Notes: generated by a model from the sequence alone, not told the origin. A stretch of DNA of 53,257 nucleotides from Candidatus Vogelbacteria bacterium (GCA_016181465.1 JACOZG010000021.1:1-53257); one strand, 5' to 3'; numbered from the stretch's first letter, positions 44,354 to 52,941 are shown. A program made the numbers and translations.

Positions 44354-44740
44354 ATGAATAAAAACAAAACCATTGAGTGGATCTTGCGGATCGCCGTGGC
44401 CGGTGAATTCTTGGGCCACGGCGTTTTCGCTTTGCAAGGTAAAACGCAATGGGTCGGCTGGTTTGCCAATTTCGGCGTGAGTGACATCAATTTGGCGACG
44501 CAACTGTTATTTTTAGTCGGCGTAATGGATCTTCTCGTCGCCCTGATCGTTCTTATCAAACCGCTGAAACCGATACTGCTCTGGGCCGCGTTCTGGGGTT
44601 TCTGGACCGCGCTCGTCCGGCCGCTGGTCGGCGAGCCGATCTGGGACTTCATTGAGCGCTTCGCCAACTGGGGCGCGCCGCTCGCGCTGTACTATCTGTT
44701 GAAAAACAAAACCGCGGTTGACCAAACGCCGAATCATTAA
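44354..44740 (+). CDS. Small multi-pass membrane protein (DoxX-like)
   Basis: 128 aa with 4 hydrophobic helices. The family guess is from topology and size only. Confidence 0.55.
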   Translation: MNKNKTIEWILRIAVAGEFLGHGVFALQGKTQWVGWFANFGVSDINLATQLLFLVGVMDLLVALIVLIKPLKPILLWAAFWGFWTALVRPLVGEPIWDFIERFANWGAPLALYYLLKNKTAVDQTPNH

Positions 44741-44750
44741 ATCAATAAAA

Positions 44751-44781
44751 AAGGCGCCGTACCCGCTAGGTCGTGCGCCTT
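44751..44781. terminator. Bidirectional hairpin between convergent genes
   Basis: AAGGCGC (44751-44757) pairs with GCGCCTT (44775-44781), and an A run precedes it. Confidence 0.5.
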
Positions 44782-44806
44782 GCTGTCAACACTCGGTATT
44801 GATAGT

Positions 44807-45280
44807 TCACTTCAGATCGGCAATGGCGATCTTGAAATCCCGTTCGTTTTTGGACGAATAGATTTTCTTGGCCGTCTCAAACAGCTTGCAGGTTTCAGTA
44901 ACCTTATCTCTCGCTTGGGGACTCGGTTGCCGCCAGTTTTGAATGAGGCCGATAATCTTTTCAATCACAATCATCAGCACCCGCTCCTTGCCGCCAAAAT
45001 GGAAACTCTGACGCAAATCATCCGCCGCCTTCTCGGCCGCTTGCTTCTGGGCAAGGAGGTTGGCCGGCACGCCACGATCCTCGTGTTTGCCACAACCCAT
45101 CCCTTGCAATCGTTGATCCCACGCCATCACGATCTCATCGTGACCTTTTGGAATCTTCGTCGCCTTGATGAGATTCGCTATCGAGTTCAGCTCATCATAG
45201 CTATTCACTCGGGCGATCGCTTCCACCACCGTCTCGTGGAACGGCCGCAACTCGGTTTGCTCTGTCTGTTCTGTCGTCAT
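44807..45280 (-). CDS. Hypothetical protein (157 aa)
   Basis: SD AAAGGAGAAAACCAG precedes ATG 45280. It has its own TTGACA-N17-TAGTAA promoter and a leader of about 115 nt with a GC-rich hairpin. It is preferred over the antisense ORF 44780..45457. Confidence 0.65.
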   Translation of the reverse strand: MTTEQTEQTELRPFHETVVEAIARVNSYDELNSIANLIKATKIPKGHDEIVMAWDQRLQGMGCGKHEDRGVPANLLAQKQAAEKAADDLRQSFHFGGKERVLMIVIEKIIGLIQNWRQPSPQARDKVTETCKLFETAKKIYSSKNERDFKIAIADLK

Positions 45281-45397
45281 CTGGTTTTCTCCTTTCAAGG
45301 AATGCCGCCGCCCTGCCTACCGGCAGGCAGGCGTCAGGCAGGGCTCACTACGGCCGATTTCAAAGATCAAGCGACACATTGCCGCTTTCCGAGTTTA

Positions 45398-45426
45398 TTA
45401 CTACAGGAAGGTCGGGGTCTTGTCAA
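45398..45426 (-). promoter_or_regulatory. Sigma70-type promoter of the 157-aa gene
   Basis: On the minus strand, TTGACA (45426-45421) is followed by a 17-nt spacer and TAGTAA (45403-45398). Confidence 0.55.
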
Positions 45427-45512
45427 TCTTGCAAATTTTATCAAGACGAATTGTTAGACACCGAGTGTTTAACAACTGCTGGAATTACCGAAGTGTCCGG
45501 CAAGCACATTGT

Positions 45513-45542
45513 TTGACATCAACTAACTATGGGCAGTAAGAT
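45513..45542 (+). promoter_or_regulatory. Sigma70-type promoter; transcript likely leaderless
   Basis: TTGACA (45513-45518) is followed by an 18-nt spacer and TAAGAT (45537-45542). The ATG lies at 45550. Confidence 0.5.
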
Positions 45543-45549
45543 AGAGGAT

Positions 45550-45963
45550 ATGAAAACGTTTCTGGCCACAATCCTTCTCATCGGTTTCGTTAGTTTGGCG
45601 GTTTTTGGTTTTGCGGAAATGACGATGTCGAACGGGCACAGTAATCTTACTCATAAAACTTGTCTGGCCTCGGCGGTGCAAAACACCGACTGCCCGAATG
45701 AGTTCGGCAATTTCGGCTCGGCTTTTTTCCACATCGCGGCGTTCAAATTCTTCTCGACCCTGACTTTAGAAACCATGCTTTGGCTTCTGGCCATTCTGGC
45801 GCTCGTGGCGACAATCTTCCGGCGCCGCGCTCTCACCTCCCGCCAGCTTCAACTTTCAATTTCCAATTTCCAATCTCTAATCTCTAATCTCTCACCTCTC
45901 ACTTCCCACCTCCAACTTCTACGCCGTTGGCTGGCGCTTAAAGAATTGAGCCCGACTCGCTAA
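45550..45963 (+). CDS. Small membrane protein with Cys/His motifs and a repeat-encoded tail
   Basis: The start is set at ATG 45550 (MKTFLATILLIGFVSLAVFG). It has two TM helices, C..C/H residues in between, and a C-terminal third encoded by the heptanucleotide array. Confidence 0.6.
   Translation: MKTFLATILLIGFVSLAVFGFAEMTMSNGHSNLTHKTCLASAVQNTDCPNEFGNFGSAFFHIAAFKFFSTLTLETMLWLLAILALVATIFRRRALTSRQLQLSISNFQSLISNLSPLTSHLQLLRRWLALKELSPTR
45851..45920 (+). repeat. About 10 tandem heptanucleotide units (AAYYTCY / CACYTCY) inside a CDS
   Basis: The units read AACTTTC AATTTCC AATTTCC AATCTCT AATCTCT AATCTCT CACCTCT CACTTCC CACCTCC AACTTCT. Confidence 0.8.
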
Positions 45964-46014
45964 TTTTCTCTACCCCGTCACCTCGGGGATTATCAGAAAA
46001 TTAAGCGAATCGTA

Positions 46015-46515
46015 ATGAACTCAAAAACCTTATTTAGTTTAATCGTCATCATTCTCGTGCTCGTCGGGCTCACGGCTTGGTCTAGACAGAGCGCTCCTTC
46101 AAACAATAGTCAAAATAGCAAACAGGGCAAAGCTGAACTTGCCGCCGCCGAAACCAGTTTTGACTTCGGCGCGATCAAGATTAACGGCGGTCTAGTCAGC
46201 CACGGCTTCGCCGTCAGAAACAGCGGCGCGGCGCCGCTCGCAATCAAAAAAATCTACACTTCCTGCATGTGCACCACGGCGGTCTGGACCGGCCCGGACG
46301 GCCAGACGGCCGGGCCTTTCGGCATGCCCGGCCACGGTTCAATACCGACCATCAACGAAATACTCGCTCCCGATCAGGAAGCGACGGTGGCCGTCACTTT
46401 TGATCCGGCGGCCCACGGACCGTCCGGCATCGGCCGAGTCGAGCGCTTGATCTATCTGGAAACTGACGACGCCGAACCGTTAATTCTTAAATTCACCGTC
46501 AATGTCACGCCGTGA
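46015..46515 (+). CDS. DUF1573-domain protein
   Basis: It has an N-terminal anchor and then FDFGAIK.NGG.VSH.F.VRN.G.APL.I..IYTSCMCTT. Confidence 0.75.
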   Translation: MNSKTLFSLIVIILVLVGLTAWSRQSAPSNNSQNSKQGKAELAAAETSFDFGAIKINGGLVSHGFAVRNSGAAPLAIKKIYTSCMCTTAVWTGPDGQTAGPFGMPGHGSIPTINEILAPDQEATVAVTFDPAAHGPSGIGRVERLIYLETDDAEPLILKFTVNVTP

Positions 46516-47128
46516 TAAATTCTTTTGGCTTCTGGCTGTCGGCGCTGGCCTCATCGCGATCGCCATCTTTTTCCGCTACAACCAGAGCGCCGCCGGACTC
46601 CTCTGGAACTGGAGCCAGGGCGGCGTTTGGCTCCTGCCGCTCGTCCTGGTCGCGGCGCTCGTCGACAGCATCAATCCCTGCGCTTTCTCCATCCTCTTGA
46701 TCACCATCGCTTTTCTCGTCAGTCTCGGCCGGACCAGAGGAAAAATTGCCGCGATCGGCGCCAGCTACATTGCCGGCATTTTCGTCGTCTATCTCCTGAT
46801 TGGTCTCGGCATCCTAAAAACTCTCCATCTCTTCAACACGCCGCACTTCATGGCCAAGGCCGGCGCCTGGGCGATCATCGCCTTCGGGCTGATCGGGCTC
46901 ATCAATCATTTCTTCCCCCGCTTTCCGTTGAAACTCAAAATTCCCCAATCAGCTCACGGCTGGATGGCGAAATTGATGGAACAGAGTTCGTTGCCGGCGG
47001 CTTTCACGCTCGGGGCCCTCGTCGGCGTCTGCGAATTTCCCTGCACCGGCGGGCCGTATCTCCTTGTCCTCGGCCTCTTGCACGACCAAAATCCTGGCGG
47101 CAGTCGCGCTCGGCCTGATTATTCTTAG
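46502..47128 (+). CDS. CcdA/DsbD-type thiol-disulfide transporter membrane protein, possibly C-terminally truncated
   Basis: INPCAF lies in TM1 and CEFPCTGGPY lies later. The last 12 residues (NPGGSRARPDYS) are non-hydrophobic, whereas another frame encodes a TM-like tail. Confidence 0.7.
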   Translation: MSRRDKFFWLLAVGAGLIAIAIFFRYNQSAAGLLWNWSQGGVWLLPLVLVAALVDSINPCAFSILLITIAFLVSLGRTRGKIAAIGASYIAGIFVVYLLIGLGILKTLHLFNTPHFMAKAGAWAIIAFGLIGLINHFFPRFPLKLKIPQSAHGWMAKLMEQSSLPAAFTLGALVGVCEFPCTGGPYLLVLGLLHDQNPGGSRARPDYS

Positions 47129-47142
47129 TCTTTAATCACCAG

Positions 47143-47658
47143 ATGAACACAAACGTCGTTGGAAAAAATGAAATTGATATTCAGGAACTGATCAAGCGAG
47201 TGGAAAAAATGAAGCAATCCGGCACGGCCGATCTCTCAACCGAAGAAGATCTGTCTATCGCCATAATGAACTTAATCAGTCTGGAAGAACATTTCTTTTT
47301 CACCGCCGCTAAAACCGGCAAACCGGATTACTTTGATCTGCTCGGCCGCACCCGCGCCATTCGCAAAAAACTCTTGGCCAAACTGCTGGACAAAAACGAA
47401 GGCGAAACTTGGTGCATCGGCAAACACCTCTTGGCCACCACCATGCGCCTGATGGAAGTCGGCACCAAACTTTGGAGCGACAACAGACGCTCGGAAGCCG
47501 AGGCGGTCTTCGGGCAGGCCGAGGAAACCTACGCTCTCTTCTGGGCCGTGCGCTTGAAAGTGGTCGACGCCGCGGCCTTCAAGACAATGGCGGCGGCGGA
47601 ACAGCCCTGGACCCTGAAAGATATCGTTAACAAATTAGTTGATTGCTGTGATGAGTAA
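47143..47658 (+). CDS. Hypothetical helical protein ending in CCDE
   Basis: 171 aa with no motif recognised apart from the vicinal Cys pair at the C-terminus. Confidence 0.6.
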   Translation: MNTNVVGKNEIDIQELIKRVEKMKQSGTADLSTEEDLSIAIMNLISLEEHFFFTAAKTGKPDYFDLLGRTRAIRKKLLAKLLDKNEGETWCIGKHLLATTMRLMEVGTKLWSDNRRSEAEAVFGQAEETYALFWAVRLKVVDAAAFKTMAAAEQPWTLKDIVNKLVDCCDE

Positions 47659-48025
47659 AAAAATTTTACTGCTTTTCGTTGTAATTTTGAGCTTTGCGCT
47701 TTTAGCTTTACGTTTGGCATCTCGAGAGGGCCAGGACGCGGCCGCGCTCGCCGATTTCGCTCAATGCTTGGCCGCGCGCGGCGCCGTGATGTATGGCGCC
47801 AACTGGTGCCCGCACTGCCAGGAGGAAAAGACGGCCTTCGGCGCCGCCTTCCGGTTCATCAATTATGTCGAATGTCCGGATGAACCAAAGCGGTGCCTCG
47901 CGGCCGGAATCGAGAATTATCCGACCTGGATTTTTTCGGACGGCCGGAAGTTTGTCGGCCGGCAAGGTCTGGAACGGTTGGCCGAAGCCAGTGGTTGCAT
48001 TTTACCAACCCCGCTTGAATCATGA
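47651..48025 (+). CDS. Secreted thioredoxin-fold protein (CPHC active site)
   Basis: It has the signal/anchor MSKKILLLFVVILSFALLAL and then ..YGANWCPHCQEEK...YPTW... The ATGAGTAA overlap links it to the upstream stop. Confidence 0.8.
   Translation: MSKKILLLFVVILSFALLALRLASREGQDAAALADFAQCLAARGAVMYGANWCPHCQEEKTAFGAAFRFINYVECPDEPKRCLAAGIENYPTWIFSDGRKFVGRQGLERLAEASGCILPTPLES
47672..47716. repeat. Partial copy (C) of the AT-rich pil-operon repeat, inside the signal-peptide coding region
   Basis: TTGTAATTTTGAGC..TTTGCGCTTTTAGCTTTACGTTT matches TTGTTAATTTTGAGC..TTTGCGCTTTTAACTTTAAAC in copy A at 21550-21597. Confidence 0.6.
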
Positions 48026-48921
48026 CGATCAATTGGTCCAGACTGAACGCCGGCAGTCTCAAAAAAATCGGCCGGACGCCGCTCGTCCGAATCGGTCAGA
48101 TCTTGGCTAAATTAGAATCCGCAAATCCCACCGGCAGCATCAAAGACCGCATTGCCCTGGCGATGATCGCCGGCGCAGAACAAGAAGGCAAACTCAGGCC
48201 GGGCGACACCATTATTGAACCAACGAGCGGCAACACCGGTATCGCTCTCGCTTTCATCGCCATGGTCAAACATTATCACCTCACCGTGGTCATGCCGGAA
48301 CATATGAGCGAGGAGCGCAAAACGATTATTCGCCGGCTGGGCGGCGCTTTGGTCCTGACACCGCGCTCGCTTGGTTTCCCCGAGGCCGTGCGCTTAGCCC
48401 GTCAATTGGCCAGACGACCGCACTGCTTTATGCCCAACCAGTTCGCCAATCCCCATAATCTGAAAGCCCAAGAAGCCACGGGACGGGAAATCCTCGCGGC
48501 CCGACCGGAAACGGAAATTGACGCCGTGGTCGCCGGTGTCGGCACCGGCGGGACGCTGATGGGCATCGCGCGGGCAATTAAAGAGCGCTGTCCTAAAGCA
48601 AAGGTGTTCGCGGTTGAACCGGCGGAGGCACCGATTATTTCGCAAGGCCGCCGGGCCACCGTCAACGAGCATCAGATTCAGGGCATTGGCGATGGATTTA
48701 TTCCTGATCTGCTGGACTTAAAACAAGTTGACGATTGCCTGACTGTCGGGAGTCAAGAAGCCATTGCCCGAGCGCGGCGGCTCCAGGAGGAAAACGGCCT
48801 CGATGTCGGCGTCAGTTCCGGCGCCAACATCGCCGCCGCCGAGCGTCTGGCCAAACATTTCCGCACCATTGTCACGGTCCTGCCTGATGGCGGCGAGAAA
48901 TATCGCAGTCTAGGATTATAA
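48022..48921 (+). CDS. cysK: Cysteine synthase (PLP-dependent, CysK/CysM type)
   Basis: The PLP-Lys context is NPTGSIKDR, with TSGNTGI and GVGTGGT loops. It has a 4-nt overlap with the upstream gene. Confidence 0.92.
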   Translation: MTINWSRLNAGSLKKIGRTPLVRIGQILAKLESANPTGSIKDRIALAMIAGAEQEGKLRPGDTIIEPTSGNTGIALAFIAMVKHYHLTVVMPEHMSEERKTIIRRLGGALVLTPRSLGFPEAVRLARQLARRPHCFMPNQFANPHNLKAQEATGREILAARPETEIDAVVAGVGTGGTLMGIARAIKERCPKAKVFAVEPAEAPIISQGRRATVNEHQIQGIGDGFIPDLLDLKQVDDCLTVGSQEAIARARRLQEENGLDVGVSSGANIAAAERLAKHFRTIVTVLPDGGEKYRSLGL

Positions 48922-48927
48922 GGTAAA

Positions 48928-49719
48928 ATGAAAAACATGCCATCAAACAATTTAAAGATTGTAATATTCATCGTCGCGCTCGTCGGCTTGCTCCAAATTC
49001 TGCCTGACCCAAAACCGAGCAACGCCCCGCCGGCCGGGGCACCGCTACTGAACTCAACGCCGATCGAATTGGAAAAAACCGAAACCGAAATTGCCTTGCC
49101 GATTCCCCGCGAGGAGATCATAAACATGCTCATCACAGCCGGCGTTGTTGATCCTGACAAAATCGATGTTGAAAGATTAACTGACTTGCATCTCTTATGG
49201 GCTTTTGGGCTGGCCAACAAAAATCCGATTTTGGAAACCGGACCGATGATGGACCAGCGCTACGGCGGCGCGGGACGATTTGCCTCCACCGGCGGCTGGA
49301 CGCTGGCCAAAGGAAATGCGATGGATCATTACGGCGCGCATCAATTTGTCATTCTCACCGCCGAACAGCAAACTCTGGTCGAAAAACTGGCGAAAAACAT
49401 TTACCGGCCGTGTTGCGATAACGCCACTTATTTTCCGGATTGCAATCACGGCATGGCCATGCTCGGACTCCTTGAGTTGCTAGCGGCCAATGGCGCGAGC
49501 GAGGAGGAAATGTGGCAAACGGCGCTCACCGCCAACCGGCTCTGGTTCCCGGATGCCTACGCGACGATTGATGAATACTTGAGCAAGAACGGGAAAAATC
49601 CTGCAACGGTTCCGCCTCAAGAAATTCTCGGCGTGGCCTACTCCAGCGCTTCCGGTTACCAACGCGTTTTAGCAGCGGTCAAACCGCCAACCAGCGGCGG
49701 CGCCAGTTGCGGCGTATGA
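48928..49719 (+). CDS. Secreted hypothetical protein with CC..(7)..C.H motif
   Basis: 263 aa with an N-terminal anchor. The motifs are YRPCCDNATYFPDCNHGMAMLGLLE and a C-terminal ..GGASCGV. Confidence 0.65.
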   Translation: MKNMPSNNLKIVIFIVALVGLLQILPDPKPSNAPPAGAPLLNSTPIELEKTETEIALPIPREEIINMLITAGVVDPDKIDVERLTDLHLLWAFGLANKNPILETGPMMDQRYGGAGRFASTGGWTLAKGNAMDHYGAHQFVILTAEQQTLVEKLAKNIYRPCCDNATYFPDCNHGMAMLGLLELLAANGASEEEMWQTALTANRLWFPDAYATIDEYLSKNGKNPATVPPQEILGVAYSSASGYQRVLAAVKPPTSGGASCGV

Positions 49720-50138
49720 TAAAATACCTTTACGGAATCAGCGCGGGCGGAGCTCTGTTCGGACTCTACTGGCTAATCGTCAGTTTAATTTCCGGCTGGG
49801 AGTTCGCTGTGATCCAATTCAGCGCTTACTGGTACTTCATCGTTGCTCTCGCCGCCGGCTTCGGTCTCCAGATCGGATTATACCGCCATTTGCAGGCACT
49901 GATCGCCGGCCGAAAAGCAACGGGCCGGGTCGTCGCCGTCTCCGGCGCCACCTCGACTGTCGCCATGCTTTCTTGTTGCGCTCACTACCTAACGAATGTC
50001 CTACCGGTAATCGCGACTGCTGGCGTTATCAGCTTAATCGGCCAATACCAAATTGAACTGTTCTGGCTCGGTCTGGCCCTTAATCTCGCCGGACTTGGCT
50101 ACATTATCAGACAAATAATTAAATTTCGCCGTTCATGA
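49716..50138 (+). CDS. Membrane protein with intramembrane CCAH motif
   Basis: The start is set at ATG 49716 (ATGA overlap with the upstream stop). It has 4 TM helices, and AMLSCCAHYL lies in a helix. Confidence 0.65.
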   Translation: MIKYLYGISAGGALFGLYWLIVSLISGWEFAVIQFSAYWYFIVALAAGFGLQIGLYRHLQALIAGRKATGRVVAVSGATSTVAMLSCCAHYLTNVLPVIATAGVISLIGQYQIELFWLGLALNLAGLGYIIRQIIKFRRS

Positions 50139-50545
50139 AGTACTTAATCATTATTTTAGCGCTTATCGCCGTTCTGTCGTTCTTCTGGCTGAAACAAGAG
50201 GCGATAACGCCTACAAACCTCGAGACGAAAACGACGAGCGAAGGCGGGGTTACGATTGCTGTCACGCCGCAAATGCTCGACGAGACCAAATTTCGTTTTC
50301 GTATTACCCTTGATACTCACGCCGGAGAACTTGACACTGATCTGACGCAAGTCTCGACTCTCATTGACGACCAGGGTCGGATCTATAAACCAACCGGTTG
50401 GGAGGGTGACCCGCCGGGCGGACATCATCGCGAGGGAGTGCTCGCCTTTGGTCCAATTGCATCGGTCTCGCAGACTCTGCAGCTGACCATCCGGCAAATC
50501 GAGGGTGTGCCCGAGCGGCAGTTTGTGTGGATAACGAATCCTTGA
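50135..50545 (+). CDS. Secreted hypothetical protein with GGHH motif
   Basis: 136 aa with an N-terminal anchor, ..TLDTHAGELD.. and ..W.GDPPGGHHREG... It has a 4-nt overlap with the upstream gene. Confidence 0.65.
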   Translation: MKYLIIILALIAVLSFFWLKQEAITPTNLETKTTSEGGVTIAVTPQMLDETKFRFRITLDTHAGELDTDLTQVSTLIDDQGRIYKPTGWEGDPPGGHHREGVLAFGPIASVSQTLQLTIRQIEGVPERQFVWITNP

Positions 50546-50677
50546 TACTTGAAAATCAATCAAAAATCTAACCACTCTCTCACGGTCGGAAATAGTTGGT
50601 TACATTTATTATTCAAGGTCAATATCGTAAGAGGTCGATTATTTGGAACTATTACGGTCGCTTTACCCTTAAGTTAG

Positions 50678-51454
50678 TTGATGCTAAAGTCAAAATACGA
50701 AAAAAGTAATAGTAATAATTGCGCTTACATGAAGTCAGTAGTAGATGTCGTTGGAGAAATTCGAAAATCACAATCAGCGAATTTTCATCGCGGTAAATCT
50801 TGGGAATATTGTTATGCTTTTTTTAGAAATCATGAAAAATTTAGTGATAATGAGAAACTTCTAGATTTTGCTGCTCTACATCTAGGTTTTTTCCTTGCCA
50901 GTTGGGGAATGTTTCGAGGTTCAAGTTTCTTACTACAAAAAGATTATAAATTTTATATTTCAATTGTTGAAATTCTTACAGATTCAGAATATAACAGACT
51001 GTGGGATATTGATTTTTTGAACAAATCGAAAGAGCAAAATCAAGATGTTGATTTGCTATTTCGACTTAAAGAAGAACTGGAAAATAAAATTATCGAAAAT
51101 AATACAAAAGATAAAGACGGAGGACATGAAATGAATTTGATCATAACGAAAATAATAATGGCGACTATGGGATGTGTCCCTGGATACGACAAATATTTCA
51201 AAGGTGGATTAAAAAATTGGTTAAATGAAAAAGAAAAATTTCAAAAAGAAGAAATTAGGAGATACCTTAATTTTAAAAAAGATTCGTTTAAAAATTTATT
51301 AAATCTAGTAAATGAAAATAATAAACTCAAAAATATATGCGACTCGAAACAATATCTTAAAAAAACAAGAGTTGAATACCCACCAATGAAATTACTAGAT
51401 TTGTTTTTTTGGCTTATAGGACGTGAAATGGTTATTAGCAAGGTGTCGCCTTGA
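50678..51454 (+). CDS. Hypothetical protein in a strongly AT-rich insert
   Basis: 258-aa ORF, Lys/Asn/Glu-rich. No motif was recognised and the start is uncertain (alternative M18). Confidence 0.5.
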   Translation: MMLKSKYEKSNSNNCAYMKSVVDVVGEIRKSQSANFHRGKSWEYCYAFFRNHEKFSDNEKLLDFAALHLGFFLASWGMFRGSSFLLQKDYKFYISIVEILTDSEYNRLWDIDFLNKSKEQNQDVDLLFRLKEELENKIIENNTKDKDGGHEMNLIITKIIMATMGCVPGYDKYFKGGLKNWLNEKEKFQKEEIRRYLNFKKDSFKNLLNLVNENNKLKNICDSKQYLKKTRVEYPPMKLLDLFFWLIGREMVISKVSP

Positions 51455-51466
51455 CATGAAAAAATT

Positions 51467-52113
51467 ATGGAAAGGAATCACCACTCGTTAGCTATTTTTG
51501 AGAATTTCAGAATTCGTCGCCACTATGATGAGAAACAGGAAACTTGGTATTTTTCTGTGATTGATATTATTGCGGCCTTGACGGAACAGTTGGACTATAA
51601 TCGTGCTAAAACTTATTGGACAACACTCAAAAATCGCTTAAAAAATGAGGGGAGTGAAGTGGTCACAAAATGTGACCGGTTGAAAATGTTGGCTCAAGAT
51701 GGAAAAAAGCGCGAAACCGATGTGGCAAATGTAGAAACAAACTGACGGATTATTGGAGCGAACACAACGTGAAAAAAGGAGAAGAATTTGCCATCCTCAC
51801 AAATATCATTCACGAAGAGTGGAGCGAATTATCGGTAAAAAATCACAAAAATCTGAAAGGTTTGAAAACGCAGAATCTTCGTGACCATATGAGTGAAGAA
51901 GAATTGATTTTCACTGCCTTGGCGGAACTTTCTACCAGAAGAATTGCGGAGACGGACAAAACGGAAGGGTTGGAGGAAAATAAAATTCCGGCAAAGAAAG
52001 GCGGAGAAATTGCCAAAAATGCGCGGCTAGCGCTTGAAGAAAAAACCGGAAAATCTGTTATAACAGGAGAAAATTACTTGCCAAAGAAGAAAATCGCCAA
52101 AATCCTTCAGTGA
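51467..52113 (+). pseudogene. Bro-N / DinD-like (phage antirepressor-type) gene with an internal deletion and frameshift
   Basis: ORF 51467-51745 carries the Bro-N-like N-part (..FENF.IRR.YDEKQETWYFSVIDII..DGKKRETDVA..). The second frame is open from 51676 and reads ..LTDYWSEHNVKKGEEFAILTN..NLKGLKTQNLRDHMS..AKKGGEIAKNAR... The central segment expected between them is missing. Confidence 0.6.
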
Positions 52114-52130
52114 TTATCCACAGCCAGTGT

Positions 52131-52157
52131 TTGACAGATAGGATATAGGGGTATATG
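52131..52157 (+). promoter_or_regulatory. csoR promoter with a G4-centred inverted repeat (candidate CsoR operator)
   Basis: TTGACA lies at 52131-52136. ATATAGGGGTATAT (52144-52157) has outer arms ATATA/TATAT around GGGG and overlaps the -10. The ATG is at 52166. Confidence 0.4.
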
Positions 52158-52165
52158 GTTCACTT

Positions 52166-52438
52166 ATGGTAGACCAAAAGATAAAGAAGCGGGCGATCCA
52201 TCGCGCGAAGATCATTCGCGGTCAGTTAGGCGGTCTGATCAAAGCGATTGAGAAAGAGGACTATTGTCCCGAACTCTTGGGGCAGTCCCTCTCCATTCAA
52301 AGGTCACTCAAGAGTCTTGACGCTTTCCTGCTCGAGAATCATTTGCGAACGCATGTTAAGCACCAAATGCGACATTCGGGAGAGGAAGAGAAAGCGATCA
52401 AAGAATTAATCAAGGTGTACACATTGTCAAATAAATAA
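52166..52438 (+). CDS. csoR: CsoR/RcnR-family metal-sensing repressor
   Basis: 90 aa with ..RAKIIRGQLGGLIKAIEKEDYC.ELL.Q..SIQ..LK.....L.NHL..HV, the family C-H-C-type layout. Confidence 0.85.
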   Translation: MVDQKIKKRAIHRAKIIRGQLGGLIKAIEKEDYCPELLGQSLSIQRSLKSLDAFLLENHLRTHVKHQMRHSGEEEKAIKELIKVYTLSNK

Positions 52439-52446
52439 AGGTAATT

Positions 52447-52620
52447 ATGTTTAACTTTTTGAAGAAAAAATGCCCGGTCTGTAAAATGGGGTTGGAAAAA
52501 GGAAAAGTTTACCCCGAAGGGTTCGGCAAAAAGTTTTGTTCGGAAAATTGCAAAGAGGACTTTCGGAAGCAGTTAGCCAAAGAACAATCACGGCCGGCTC
52601 GCGGCGGTTGTTGTCATTAA
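52447..52620 (+). CDS. Small TRASH/YHS-like metal-binding protein with C-terminal GGCCH
   Basis: This is my own translation, because the ORF is below the track cutoff: MFNFLKKKCPVCKMGLEKGKVYPEGFGKKFCSENCKEDFRKQLAKEQSRPARGGCCH*. The pattern is C-x2-C..C-x3-C. Confidence 0.6.
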   Translation: MFNFLKKKCPVCKMGLEKGKVYPEGFGKKFCSENCKEDFRKQLAKEQSRPARGGCCH

Positions 52621-52694
52621 AAGCGAAGCCCCGTACCGAACTTTGTTCTGGTGCGGGGGTTGAAAATTAATAATTAACTTTGATTAAAAATCAA

Positions 52695-52892
52695 ATGAAT
52701 CAAAATCTAAACAATCTGGACAGGACTTTGCGGTTTGCGCTGGCCGTATGGTGGCTTGGCCCGTTGGCTCCGACCTTTGACGTCGAATGGGGCAACTGGC
52801 TCATTGCGGCCATAGGTTGGATTGCGCTCGTTGAAAGTTTCTTTAGTTGGTGCGGGCTCCATAGTCTATTCGGCATTAACAACAAAAATTAA
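52695..52892 (+). CDS. DUF2892 (YgaP-like) small membrane protein
   Basis: The pattern is ..LDRTLRFALAVWWLG........W..IAAIGWIALVESFFSWCGLHSLFGI. ATG 52695 is preferred over the TTG at 52680. Confidence 0.65.
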   Translation: MNQNLNNLDRTLRFALAVWWLGPLAPTFDVEWGNWLIAAIGWIALVESFFSWCGLHSLFGINNKN

Positions 52893-52941
52893 AAATTACT
52901 ACTATGCTTTCACTAAAACGATACAGCTGGCTCTGCGTGGT

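Noticed and set aside
46525-47118. 197-aa alternative-frame ORF over the CcdA-type gene (Arg/Pro-rich)
   Set aside because: This is typical off-frame translation of GC-rich coding DNA. The CcdA frame carries the family Cys motifs.
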